The position numbers were made by a program, and so were the translations under genes. The notes under the pieces were generated by a model, which had not been told where the DNA came from, did no database searches, and was given only the letters and a program-made list of their open reading frames with translations. From the NCBI RefSeq assembly GCF_009914755.1, contig NC_060927.1: 64,000 bases of DNA. The stretch is one strand, 5' to 3'. Positions within the stretch are counted from its first letter, which is position 1. The number at the start of each line of letters is the position of its first letter. This stretch comes from the human T2T-CHM13v2.0 reference genome, Homo sapiens. Shown one piece after another: positions 27,957 to 40,030 of the stretch.

Positions 27957-30011
27957 AAATCAAGTATTATGTGCTAACATGACCTTATATGCTCTACTTC
28001 GATATGACTGGCAGTAAATTTGTTTACACCAGCATCACCACAAACTTGGGAATAATGAGTTGCACTATGACTTTACAACCCTTTGTGACATCACTAGGTG
28101 TTAGGAATTTTTCTGCCCCATTATAATCTTATGGAAGCATATCACATATGTGGCCTGTTGTTGACTGAACTGTCATGATGCAGCATGTGACAACACATCA
28201 CTGCCGTGTGCTCCTCAGACCCCATCAGATTTCTCTGGTTGTCCCAACTGCATCCTTGAGAATGGAGGGTCCAGTCCAGAATCACATATTGCATTTAGTT
28301 CTGTGTCTTCAGTCTCCTTCAGCCTGAAACACTTCCTCAGCCAGGAGCTTTGAAAATTACTGGCAGTCATTTTGCAGAATGCTCCTCCATTTGGGATTGT
28401 CTGATGTCTCTCTGGCCGGAGTCCTATGGAGTGATGCCACATTCTCACTGCAGCCCCCCAGGTGCTGCAAGCTTTTTATTGGCCCTGTTGATGTTTACTT
28501 TGGTCACAGATGAGGTGATGTCTGCCAGCCTTCTTCACCATGAAGTTGCTCTTTTTCTCTCTGGAATGGATAAGTGTTTTGTGGGCAGATACTTTGAGGC
28601 TATGTAAACATCCCATTGAAGAACATCAGACTTTCAATGCGTTCCCTTACTTACTTATATCTGTGTGCACTGGTGGTTTCCCATCTGTTACTGTCACTAT
28701 GTTGGTGCTCAAATTGTCCCTGATTCTGACCACTGAAGGCTCCTTCAAGCTGGCTCTGTGTCCTACTGACGTGTTCCCATTATTCATTAAGCACTTCCTT
28801 GTTTTCTGGCAAAACAACAAGTTCCGGGCTCATTTTCTGCACCCCACTCCTACTTCCCAGTGCTAGAATCAGCCGTTTCTGCAAGGTGCTCTGGTTCCTT
28901 TAGTGGAAAGTCATATTCAGAAGCCAGTATTCAGGTGCTAGGAGTGCTCCAGGCTATGCGGGGCTGGCTGCTCCAGGCCCCCCAGTGACTGTGGGGACTA
29001 GACACACACACATTTCCATCTATATATATGGACTTATCTTTATGTATTCAAGGCCACAAGGGTACACTGATCATTCCGATTTTAATCCCACACAACAGGA
29101 TTCATTCCAGTTTTCTCTCCATATACATAACTTCCTTCTCTGACAATAGGAAACCTAACTCCCACTGTCTTCAGTAGATTTATTTGATCAGTATCCCTGT
29201 GTGTAACCAATCTCCCGTCTCTGCCACCAGCCTCTCTCCCACATGGATCCCCTCCTTGCCTCACTTGGACTCCAGCACTCCAGGCAGGGCCTTTGCTTTC
29301 CCCAGGATGCTCCCTCCACCCTGCTGGGCTCCCACACCCCACACCAGTCCACCCCTTGAGGGCACATTCTCCCCACATCCTCTCTGGTACCTCTGGGGCA
29401 CGATGGCTTCTCCCTCCGCCACCTTTGCTATGCCCCACTTTGTGGCTTTAGGACAGGACTCAGGAGAAAGGGAAGACAAGAAGGGAAGGAATCCCTTGGA
29501 TTTTTTAACCAAAAAATGCATCAAGTACATGGAGACAGAGCCACAAAATAATCATAACAAATATTCTAAACCAATCAGACAGCCAGCCCCAGATCACCCT
29601 ATAAGGGGGCATTGCTACCCCGTGACAGCTGGGTAGCCTGGGCAAATTCCCTAACCTCACCGAGCCTCAATTTCCTCAATGGTAAAATGGGGAAAGGACA
29701 GTGCTTCCCTCGTGGTTTGGGTGTGAAGCTTCTGTGAGTTAATGTTAGTGAACAGCCAGCCTCAGCCCCTACCCAAGGTAGCTGCTCCGCAGATGTGATG
29801 ACAACCACCGTGTGTTTCTCAGAATCCTAGGAAATAAGGGCTTCTTTCTAGAAGGCAGGGCCAGGATGCTGCGTGGGTGTTCCCTGGCAGAGAGGCTCTG
29901 TGGCCCTCAGGACTTCATCCTTCTGCAGGCTTGTGTGTTTGTTTTATTTTTTTTGGCACGCCTGCAGCCAAGTTGGGGAGGGTTTCCTGGACAGAGGTCC
30001 TTTGGCTGCTG

Positions 30012-30046
30012 CCTTAAGACGTGCAGCCTGGGCCGTGGCTGTCACT
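30012..30046 (+). promoter_or_regulatory. CLEC3B: Putative CLEC3B core promoter (TATA-like TTAAGA + Initiator)
   Basis: CCTTAAGA at 30012-30019 lies 30 nt upstream of GTCACT (A at 30044), which fits the BBCABW Inr consensus. A GC-rich leader follows to the ATG at 30101. Confidence 0.5.
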
Positions 30047-30100
30047 GCGTTCGGACCCAGACCCGCTGCAGGCAGCAGCAGCCCCCGCCCGCGCAGCAGC

Positions 30101-30209
30101 ATGGAGCTCTGGGGGGCCTACCTCCTCCTCTGCCTCTTCTCCCTCCTGACCCAGGTCACCACCGAGCCACCAACCCAGAAGCCCAAGAAGATTGTAAATG
30201 CCAAGAAAG
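30101..30209 (+). CDS. CLEC3B: CLEC3B (tetranectin) exon 1: signal peptide and lysine-rich N-terminus
   Basis: ATG in AGCATGG Kozak context. Encodes MELWGAYLLLCLFSLLTQVTTEPPTQKPKKIVNAKK(D). Donor |gtaagg at 30210. 109 bp. Confidence 0.98.
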
Positions 30210-32011
30210 GTAAGGAGGGGGACAGAGCCCTGTGCCATCTTCCAGGGAGCAGGTCCCCCTCTCCTTAGTGTGTCCTCATGCTCCTTTCCTTCATTTTCCT
30301 CCTTTTGAGTCATCTAGGGAACTTGAGTAAAGTGGGCTTTGGGGCTTGGGGGAGTTCTCTCATAGCAGAGTTGGTTGTCAGAATCATAAGAATCCCTGAC
30401 CCTTAGAGTTGGGAAGAACCTTCCAGATCATCCAAACTGATCTTTGCTCTTCTCTCCTCCCCTCATCCCCAATATTTTAAAGAAACCAAACCTTTGGCCT
30501 GGGAGTCTGGCAGCGCTCAGCCCTTACCAGGGAGAGCTGCACAGGCTGGGCTTTGGAGTCTTCCAACCTGTTTTCTCAACTGTAAAATGGGGACAGTGGT
30601 ATTTGTTCAAAGACTTCTCATGAAGATTTTATGATACAAAATATATAAAGGCACCTCACTTGTTGCTTGATGCACAGGGAAAAGAAAAAGAAGAAGAAAT
30701 GAATTCTCATTTCTGTAGCATATCACAGCCTTCAGGAAATAAATGTAACTCAGACTAGTCCACCAGAAGCAGCTTTGCTCTGCTTTGTAGCCTCTGGGGA
30801 TTGGGGTGTCCCTCGGTTGCTTTGGCTACAGCAAGACTTGCCCTTGCAGCCCCGCCTGCAGTGAGGTCACCCCAGGCTGTGTTGAGACAACATCAGTGGA
30901 ATGTCATGGCAATGGACGGGGCTGTCACCCCCCCAGGGAGCAGAGGCTAGAAGAGAGTCCAAGGGGATGAGGGTGGGGACTGAGGCAGAGAAACAAGCAG
31001 CTAGGACCAAGGGCACAGAAAAGGAAAGAAGGGGCTGTGGGGGCCTCCCTTAGGCCCTCCCGGGGCTCTTCATAAATGGACAGTTGCCCACTGGCCAGGA
31101 ACTAGTGCAGTGCATAAAGGGACATCGGGGCCATGGGGCCTCACAACACTGTGACAAAGAATGGGGCAAATCTGGCTGCTGATAAAAAAATCATCTTCAA
31201 GATTCAGTTTACAAAGTGAAAAAAGAAACATTCAAAAGAGAATGAGTATGATGCTGACATTTGCTTTGAAAAAGGGATTTATATAATAATACATTTTTAC
31301 TTGTATGTGCATAAGTTCTTTCTGGAAGGATCCACAAGAGTGAGTAACAGTGATTACCTCTGGGAAGAAAAACCAGGGGCTGGGCGCAGTCTCAACTGGG
31401 AAAGAAACCAGCTTTTTGAACTGTTTGGATTTTAAAAAATTATGTGTGTATATTACCTTCCACAAAATGTTCATTTAAAAAGAGAAGACAATACCGTGCA
31501 TAGTTACGTCTATGAGCATTAGCCAAAATCGCCACCAAGGGAGAGCCTTTGTAAAAGATGCAGCTCCAAAGGCAAATCATAGAATTTTTGAATGTGGAAA
31601 ACCATCGCCAGCTTCTCAAGTTTACCAAAGATTCAGTATTAATATAATTATGTAAATCTTTTTAAACTCATGTTAAAAAAAAAAGGGTCAGAGCACGTGA
31701 TGCCTTGGTTCTCTCCAGCTGTCACACTTGAACCCTGGCCCTATGTGGTCTCCATAGAAGGGGCCCCTGGAGTTCCAGGGCTACAGGCCAACAGAACAGC
31801 CACCCAGGCCCTGCCTCTCGCTGAAACCCATGGCAGTCTCCCGCCCACCAACATGGCAGGCACTTATAGAGCTCTTTCTCCACGTAGGCACCAGTCTATA
31901 TGCTGGACACACAGCAGAGAAACACCGTCTCTGCTCTTAAGACATGAACCATGGTGGTTCTCACTCAGGCATCAACATCATCTGGGAGATACATTAGAAT
32001 CCAGGTGCCTT

Positions 32012-32324
<313 letters not shown>

Positions 32325-34564
32325 GTTAAGAATTCAGGTGCTTGGGCCCCACCCCTGGAAATGCTGGTTTAGGGATCTTGGTGAGTTTAGCATCTGCCTT
32401 TTCCACAGGTCTTCAGGGATTCCTAGGAGCAGCCAGGAATGAGAATCTCAGGGGCAATCTAGTTGCAGGGCTGGTGCCCAAAAGTACGGGAGAAAGTCCA
32501 AAGAAGGGACGGTCATGCCAGAGGAGACCAGTTGGTGCCAGGGCCAAGAGGGGGAGAGCAAGTGGCAGGACTGGCAAAGGAAGGGAATGCCAGCATATGC
32601 TAAGTCCTTGTCCTGGCCCTCAGGGTGGGTGAGAAGCGGGGAGCCTAGAGTACTTCTGGGAGCTCATCTGTTCTTGGGGCCACATGGTCACACCTGGCAG
32701 GGAAGCTCCGGAGGGAAGGATGGCCTCATAGGAGTCACAGGCCTTTAGAACAGGGAACTGGGGGAACCTGGAGGGCATCCATTCTAACATCACGCAGAAG
32801 GAACCTGAGGCTCAGAGAGTGGGCCAGCACAAAGGCCTCCTGACTCTGCCCAGGGCCGTAGAGACACCTACTCCCACAGCTTCCTCAGGTGGAGCTAATG
32901 AGAGTAGCTTCCTGTACCTTGGACAGTCCCTGGAGGAAACTTTGCACATATGGGCACCTTGGTGCAAATTACAAAAGGTACCTCCTCTAAACTGACAAAT
33001 TATAGAAAGGCATCTCTTTTTCTGGTCTGACCCACTCTAGCCAGGGCAAGGCTTAGGAGACAAATGGGCCTTCATGTGTCCCTCAGCAGAATGCCCTTCT
33101 TCAGTGCCCCCTTGCACAGCCTCACATGGCACCCTATGCTGGTACATCACGTGACTGGGTACAGTGCTGCTATAACTGGTGGAGGCAGTCTCTGTGTGAG
33201 GCACACATGACCTCAGGCTGGTTTGCCAGCCCCAAACTCTCCCTTTTTTTGCCTTGCTCATCAGGGTGTTTTTGCTCCAGTTTGGTAAGTTACATCGCTA
33301 ATTTCTATATACACAACCATGTGTCTTGCCTGTGATTCTTCTGCAAAGGCACCTTATGGGTGGACGAAGGCTCTGATCTCACTCTTTGTGAGTGTGGAAT
33401 GTATGCAGACACAGCCAAATGGACCATTAAAGTGTTTCCCCACCCACTTCCCCAAGCTGAGTGCAGCCTTTCCTGAAGCCCTGGTGTTTCAGAAAGACCA
33501 GGGTCCGCCCCAGGAGCTCTAAACTTACACACACATAGAAATATGCTTCCCGGCACCCTCAACTTACACACACATAGAAATATGCTTCCCCGCCTTCCCC
33601 TGCTGACTCTTACATGACTGGCTGCCAGCAGGACAGCTCCTGTTAGGAATCCGTTTGTGTGCCATGGGGAAGGTGGGGAAGAGCATGGCTTCAGAGCCAT
33701 GTGCACCTGGGTTCCAGGCCAGCCCTGCCAGCTGGGGCTCTGCCATCCTCGGCCAGTTGGTTTAGGGCAGCCTGGGTTTCCTCGTGGTGAAATGCTGGTG
33801 GTACAGAATGACACGTTACCTGTGTCATAGGGTTGATTATGAGCATCACATGGGGTGACATGTAGAACGGCTTAGCCCAGAGCCTGGCCTCCTCTGTAAG
33901 AGTGGAAAACCTGGGTTCCTTCTGCCCTCATCTTATTAGTAGCTGTGATGGGCACACACTCAGCCAAGCACTGAGGTAGGCAGCTCTGCGTTTCAGTTCT
34001 CTTAGTCTTCTCCAGAGTCCTAGGAGGTGGGGCTGTCATCATCCACTTCATACATGAGGGAACCAAATCCAGAGAGGCTGAGCAGCTCGCCCAGGCCACC
34101 CGTGTCTGTGGCACCTCCAAGCCCTGCATATGCGTGCCCCAGGCTGGAGTGCCTGCTGGTCTGTGTCGCATTCCTCCAGCCTGGGGAAGTGAACCTGGGG
34201 GCTTCTTGAGGGCTCCTGCTGTGCTTCCTGTGCTGTTCTTCCCTGGAGCTGAAAAGGTAGCTGGGTGGTGGGGGATCACTGAAGCCTGTGCCTACACCCT
34301 CACCCCTGCCTCTGCTAATCCCAGCCCCATCTGATCCCCAGCAACAATCCCAAACAAATGCAGCACAGGAGCAAGTGAAGGATGGGCCCCCTGGCAGAAG
34401 TCACAAGTGGTTAATTAGACTACCACCAGCAAGGATAGAGAGAGAGAAAGTTTCCCAAGATATCAAGGTTGAGGGGAGTCTTTTCCTCTCATCCCTCTGC
34501 AGCTAAGGTAGGATCCTTCCTGCTCAGTCCCTGCCCCACCCTGACATATTTCCTCCTGCTTCAG

Positions 34565-34663
34565 ATGTTGTGAACACAAAGATGTTTGAGGAGCTCAAGA
34601 GCCGTCTGGACACCCTGGCCCAGGAGGTGGCCCTGCTGAAGGAGCAGCAGGCCCTGCAGACGG
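34565..34663 (+). CDS. CLEC3B: CLEC3B exon 2: trimerising coiled-coil neck
   Basis: cttcag| acceptor, |gtgagt donor. Encodes (D)VVNTKMFEELKSRLDTLAQEVALLKEQQALQT(V). 99 bp, phase 1 to 1. Confidence 0.98.
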
Positions 34664-35541
34664 GTGAGTGCAGGCAGTAGCCTCTCTGGGCAGGAGCGTC
34701 TGAGAGAAGGGCCCAGGCCAGCAGCCAGCAATGCTCTTCTCGCCTCCGTTCAGCATCAGGGTCCTGGCTCCATTAGTCCAGGCCTATGGGTGAAGGCACC
34801 AGGTTCAGGGAGCCCCACCTCTTTCTCTTGGGGAGATCCCCTGACACGTGTCTGCAAAACTCACCTGGATGTGTACGGCCAAATCTCTGGCCACAGCTGG
34901 GTGGTGTGGAAGTGGGGATGTCCCAAGAGGACAAAAAATTCTCCAACAAGAATCCACTACTGCCCACCAGAAGTGACCCTGGAGCGCTCGATGGGGCAGA
35001 GGTAGTGGCCCACCCTAGCAAAGCTCCCAGGAGCCCCTCACTCAGCTGGCCTCTGCAGCCCCAGAGAGCTCCACACTCCTGTGTGTCAGCAGCTTTGCTG
35101 ACCCTGTCTCTCTTAATCGTAACTCTGCTGAGGTGGGATTTGTCAGCTCCATTTTAAAGATGAGCTGTCAGCTCCATGAAATGTCAGCTCCATTTTAAAG
35201 ATGTGTCAGCAGCAACTGAGGCATAGACAGGTCCTGAACCTGGCTCATACTCACCTCGTTGGTTAGTTGACTCGTGGAAGAGCAAGAGTTGAATGGAGGC
35301 AGGCTGCCCAGTGCCAAGCTGGGCCTTGGTGTTCCTGGCTCTGCACTAGCCAGCTGAGGGAGGGTGCACAGAATCACCAAGAACAGGGCCCAGGCGCATG
35401 GTAAGGTCATGCCCTCTGGCCAGCATACCTGGCAGCCTATTGTTTCTCACTCCCCATGTTCCTGTCATATAGTCTGCATTTTCCACATACCTCCGATTTA
35501 CCTACCTTTATATGACCTCACCTTCCATTCTATGGAGAACA

Positions 35542-35683
35542 CAGACTCACAATACTGATGACTATTTACATGTGAGCCCACTACATTCTGGCACTGTTCT
35601 TGATGCTTGATGCAGACTCACAATACTGATGACTATTTACATGTGAGCCCACTACATTCTGGCACTGTTCTTGATGCTTGATG
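35542..35683. repeat. Perfect 71-bp tandem duplication
   Basis: cagactcacaatactgatgactatttacatgtgagcccactacattctggcactgttcttgatgcttgatg at 35542-35612 and again at 35613-35683. Confidence 0.95.
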
Positions 35684-37529
35684 CACGTTAACTCATTCAC
35701 AGCACACCCGTGCAGTGGTCCTGTTACTACATCCTCACCCTTATTTTCCACCGAGAAGGACCTTGTGACAGCCGAAAGGAGCAGAGCCTCACTTAGCTCT
35801 GCTATGCTGCCCCTCGAGTTATCAGCTGGGAAATCACCTTGACTCCTCAGCAAATCTATAAACCACCCTGTGTCCACAGCCACTCTCTTACCTGTTGCTT
35901 TTGTGACCAAGGCCCATCCATCTGCAAGGCCTTCCCTTCCCCGCCTGCCTCCTCAGAAACCCCCAACAGCCTTCTCACCGGATGGTTTTACACACTCCCT
36001 CCCATTCATATGCTTTCCTTCAGCATTCACACTGCCATCCTTCTGCACTCCCACCACAGGGCCTTTGCATGTGCTGTTTGGGCAACCTGAATTGCTCCCC
36101 CAAGATCCACCTAATAAATGCCTCCAGCATTATCTTCTCAGGAGTCACTAATCCCTCATCTCAATCAGCTCCTCAGTTATAAGCTCTCCCAGAACAGTGT
36201 CCTTTCTTTTATCACACTGACTGCAGTCTGTAATGATACACTCATTTCCTGATTTGTGTCTGCTGCCTCCACTAGACTATAGTAAGCCCTGAGAACACAA
36301 GGGCCATGTTTGCTTTTCATTGCCCTTGTCTCTTCCACTACCCTGCCCAGCATAGTGCCTGCCACATAGCAACACTCAGTCAATCTCTGTTGAAGGAAGG
36401 ACAAACATGTAACTTTGGACAGCTTGCTTGGCATGGCAGGTAGGAAGAGAGTGCTCGAGAAAGGGAGCATCTCCAGAGGTGTTTTTGACTTCATGTAATA
36501 GGAAACCTATCAGTGGCTTAAACAAAAAGTAAGTCTGCAAGTAGGTAGTTATAAGTTTTTGTTCAGAAGTTTCACCTCATGGTCTTCAGATGGCTGCCCC
36601 AACTCCAGGCATCATGAGTGCATTCAAGGCAAGAAGGAGGAAGAGTAGCCCAACCACATCTGTCTCATTTATAGGGAACGTAGTCTTCCACTTCCATCTC
36701 ATTGACAAGAAATCTATCATATGGCCACCTGCAGCTTTAAGAACATCTGAGAATGCAAGAATGTAGCTTTTCCAGCCTCTATAGTGGAGGTGGACAAGAG
36801 AGAAGGGATTTGGAGGCAACAGTGCCTGGCACAGCGGGTATGTTTAGAATGAGCCCAGTGCCACTCTGAGCCTCAGTTTCCTCATCTGTAAGGTAGGCAG
36901 GGTAAACTCTAAGGTCTCTCTCATGTCTAAGCTCTGTGCTGTGCAAAGTCAATGTAACCCAGGCATCAACTGCCACCTGGGGTGAGGTAATGAGGTGGGG
37001 ACCTCCCTGAAAAAAGTTCATGACATATGGAGGCCCAAAGCATGACATATGAAAGCCCCCATGTCTGCTGATTTCTAGGAAGCTGCTGGGCTTCTTGGGG
37101 CCTTCTCCTGTTCATTGTCCTCACAACCCAAAGATCACCTTTTCAATAAACCCACCCAAAGCATTGCAGAGCTCTGTTGACCTAACCAGAGTTGAAGGAA
37201 TCAGGGGGCAACCTTTCCCTCCTCCAACCAGCATACACATGGGAGGTTCCCACCTGGTACATCTCTGCCAGGCACAAGGAGGCAGAGGTGATGCAGCCAG
37301 GGCCCTGCTCCCTGGGAACCTCAATATATTCATGGAATCACTTGAGCCCTTGAAAGCTGTGTAGGAATCAGAGAAGATAAAGAGGGTTGATTCCAAGCAG
37401 ATGGCAGGGCAGGAGCAGAGGTGTGGAGGACTAGCATAAATCGACAGGATCATGAATAGACCAGAGCAACAAAATGTTGGCAGCAATGATAGTATCACGA
37501 GAAGTAGCATTGACTGAGGACTACCTATG

Positions 37530-37960
37530 TGTTGGAGGGAGGTTCAGGTGAGGGTCCTAGGAAGCAACTCTGAGATGGAGTTTAACCCACAGGAGACTTA
37601 TCAGGAGATACCCTCAGGATCAACCCCTGTGCTAGGGAAGGGATGGAAGGAAGCAGGAGTGGGCAGAAGGAGAAGTCGAGCTGTACTGTGGTGCCACGAA
37701 AGCCTCAGCTGACTTCAGGAGCCCTGATGACGGGATGACCCTTCGGCACTGTCCTGAGTCGGGGCAAGAGGGCTTATGGGTCAGTCTTGGGTGTAGGCTG
37801 CTCTAGGGAGGGGCACGGCCTTGGAAGAGATGGCTGTCTTCTGCTGAGGCAGTCCCTGCAGGAGGCTGAAAGCTGAGGACTTTCTTCCTGCAGCATTCCT
37901 GGCAGCCAGGGCAGTGAATCCTTCATCCCCAACAAAAGTCTAGGTAGCACGTCAGTGTTA
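37530..37960 (-). mobile_element. Old ERVL-class LTR (LTR16-like)
   Basis: ggaagcaactctgagatggag...ggatcaacccctgtg...ggaaggaagcaggagtgggcaga...gaagtcgagctg. Similar diverged copies at about 38760-39100 and 52000-52460. Confidence 0.5.
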
Positions 37961-39261
37961 CCAGCAGGAAGGAAAGGCAATGAAGGCCGCTTGGCTAAGC
38001 TGTAGGATAGCACGAGGTAGGACAGCTGACTTGGGGCAGAGTCTGTGGGTAGACACCTCTGTAATGCTTCAGGCCCCATGTTTAAAGTCGGTTGTGGTGT
38101 CAGATGCCCATGGGGACACTGGGATGCTGTCCATTGATATTTGTTGAGTGAAATGGAAGTAACTGAGTGGGAATGGATAGAGGGGAGTGCAGACATCCCC
38201 CAAAGTGGTGGGGTCACCAGCAAGAGGACAAATGCAGACATACACCTGTCTGTCAAGATATTCCTTTCCACAGAAATCTTTAGTAAAAGGTGAACGATTT
38301 ATACGATCTCAGGAGAAATCAGAGTATGTCTAGATATTTCAGCTAGAAATCAAGCTGAAAATGCAAACTGCAAAACAAAAATAGATTTTATCCTCCTAAC
38401 TTGACCAAATATGTGCCTTCATCACAACCTTTGGGGCCAGGCTCAAACTGAGAATTTGTGGACACCTCAGAGTCCCTTGCCTGATCGCCGGCCTCTGACC
38501 ACAGCCTGTGCCCAGCACTTCCTGTCTTCTCTCTTGCAGTCTCAGCTCTATCCACTCAGCCCCACCCTACCAGCCCTCAGGAGAACTGACCCTGCAAAAG
38601 GCACTTGGCAGGCCCTGGAAGCTTGCTTGGGCTGTTTGGGTAGGGATTTGGGGCCCTGGGTACATGAAGTGTGGCCTAGGCTGTAGGTGGGCAGGTGCCC
38701 TGGCCCTGCAAGCTGCTTGATCTTAGGGAGGGGCATGGAGGAAGGAGAACCAGAGCAGGTGGCTGTGGCTGGGCTCCCTGGGAAGCTGACTCTGAGACAG
38801 AGCTAATTTGTTAGGGTGAGCCCTAGGAGCCACACATGTGGGGGCGGGGGGAAGAGGAAGTGGGCAGAGGGAGAGCTGAGCTGCAGTGCAGGCACCAGGC
38901 CAGCCTCTGTGACCCAAGGAGATGGGGTGGGTAAAGGCCAGAAATGACTGAGGTGGAGGCCTGGGAAGGGGTGTCAGCTGGGGCTGGGTGCTTCTGTAGC
39001 ACAAGGGCTGCCTTTTCTCCCAGCCGCGGGAGCACCAAGACCTCCTGAGTGGGGATCTGGATCTGTACATTAGTGGCCACCACAGCCAGGTCCTCAAAGT
39101 GCATGAACCATCAGGACCCCTTTTGCCTGGGTCTAAGGGGCTGTCAGGACTGATGGGATAAACGGGATGGGATGGAGGACGGTGGGCTTGGCCTGGGCGG
39201 TTGGCTCTTTGCCTGGGGAACAGGGGGACCTTCGGTGACAGCCATTTCTCCCCACTCCCAG

Positions 39262-39662
39262 TCTGCCTGAAGGGGACCAAGGTGCACATGAAATGCTTTC
39301 TGGCCTTCACCCAGACGAAGACCTTCCACGAGGCCAGCGAGGACTGCATCTCGCGCGGGGGCACCCTGGGCACCCCTCAGACTGGCTCGGAGAACGACGC
39401 CCTGTATGAGTACCTGCGCCAGAGCGTGGGCAACGAGGCCGAGATCTGGCTGGGCCTCAACGACATGGCGGCCGAGGGCACCTGGGTGGACATGACCGGC
39501 GCCCGCATCGCCTACAAGAACTGGGAGACTGAGATCACCGCGCAACCCGATGGCGGCAAGACCGAGAACTGCGCGGTCCTGTCAGGCGCGGCCAACGGCA
39601 AGTGGTTCGACAAGCGCTGCCGCGATCAGCTGCCCTACATCTGCCAGTTCGGGATCGTGTAG
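39262..39662 (+). CDS. CLEC3B: CLEC3B exon 3: C-type lectin domain
   Basis: ccactcccag| acceptor. Encodes (V)CLKGTKVHMKCFLAFT...IWLGLND...QPDGGKTENCAVLSGAANGKWFDKRCRDQLPYICQFGIV-TAG. 109+99+401 = 609 nt = 202 aa + stop. Confidence 0.98.
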
Positions 39663-40030
39663 CCGGCGGGGCGGGGGCCGTGGGGGGCCTGGAGGAGGGC
39701 AGGGGCCGCGGGAGGCCGGGAGGAGGGTGGGGACCTTGCAGCCCCCATCCTCTCCGTGCGCTTGGAGCCTCTTTTTGCAAATAAAGTTGGTGCAGCTTCG
39801 CGGAGAGGAGAGGCGCTGCAGTCTGTGCTGTGTCCGCGGGGCGGGGAGGAGGTCCCAGGAGCCGGTTCGAAAGCTCCCTCCGTGATGAAGTAGGCGAGAA
39901 GGGAGGAGGTGAAGGAGGGCGAGCTGAGCACACGCGCTTCATGCCACAGGAGGGTGGGAATGAGCGGAGGACTGAGGAGAGGAAGGAGGGAAAGAATAGG
40001 GAGATGAAAACGCCCCGGTCTGCTGCTAAG
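39300..40030. promoter_or_regulatory. CpG-island-like region over CLEC3B last exon and 3' end
   Basis: Visibly high GC content and dense CpGs (tcgcgcgggg, gcccgcatcg, ccggcggggcgg, tccgcggggcgg) compared with the flanks. Boundaries are approximate. Confidence 0.75.
39780..39785 (+). terminator. CLEC3B: CLEC3B polyadenylation signal AATAAA
   Basis: AATAAA about 120 nt after the TAG stop. Confidence 0.88.

Larger units (their letters stand above)
25835..28193. mobile_element. Tigger3b/MER7-type TcMar DNA transposon hosting MER1B and two THE1 LTRs
   Basis: TA + terminal ccgtcatgcgttgcttaac...tacgttctgagaaatgc...acacaaacctaggtggcatagcctactacacacctagg. The other end reads cccattataatcttatgg...atgcagcatgtgac. 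Confidence 0.85.
25640..29220 (-). mobile_element. Old L1MC-type 3' region split by the Tigger3 insertion
   Basis: The left piece (acagtacaaagaac...ctcctacataatcacagcac) continues after 28195 (ttgcatttagtt...cagtctccttcagcctgaaaca, cattttgcagaatg). Confidence 0.6.

Noticed and set aside
29873-30100. In-frame upstream extension of the CLEC3B ORF
   Set aside because: It begins at a GTG upstream of the likely TSS (about 30044) and would bury the signal peptide. The ATG at 30101 has a strong Kozak context.
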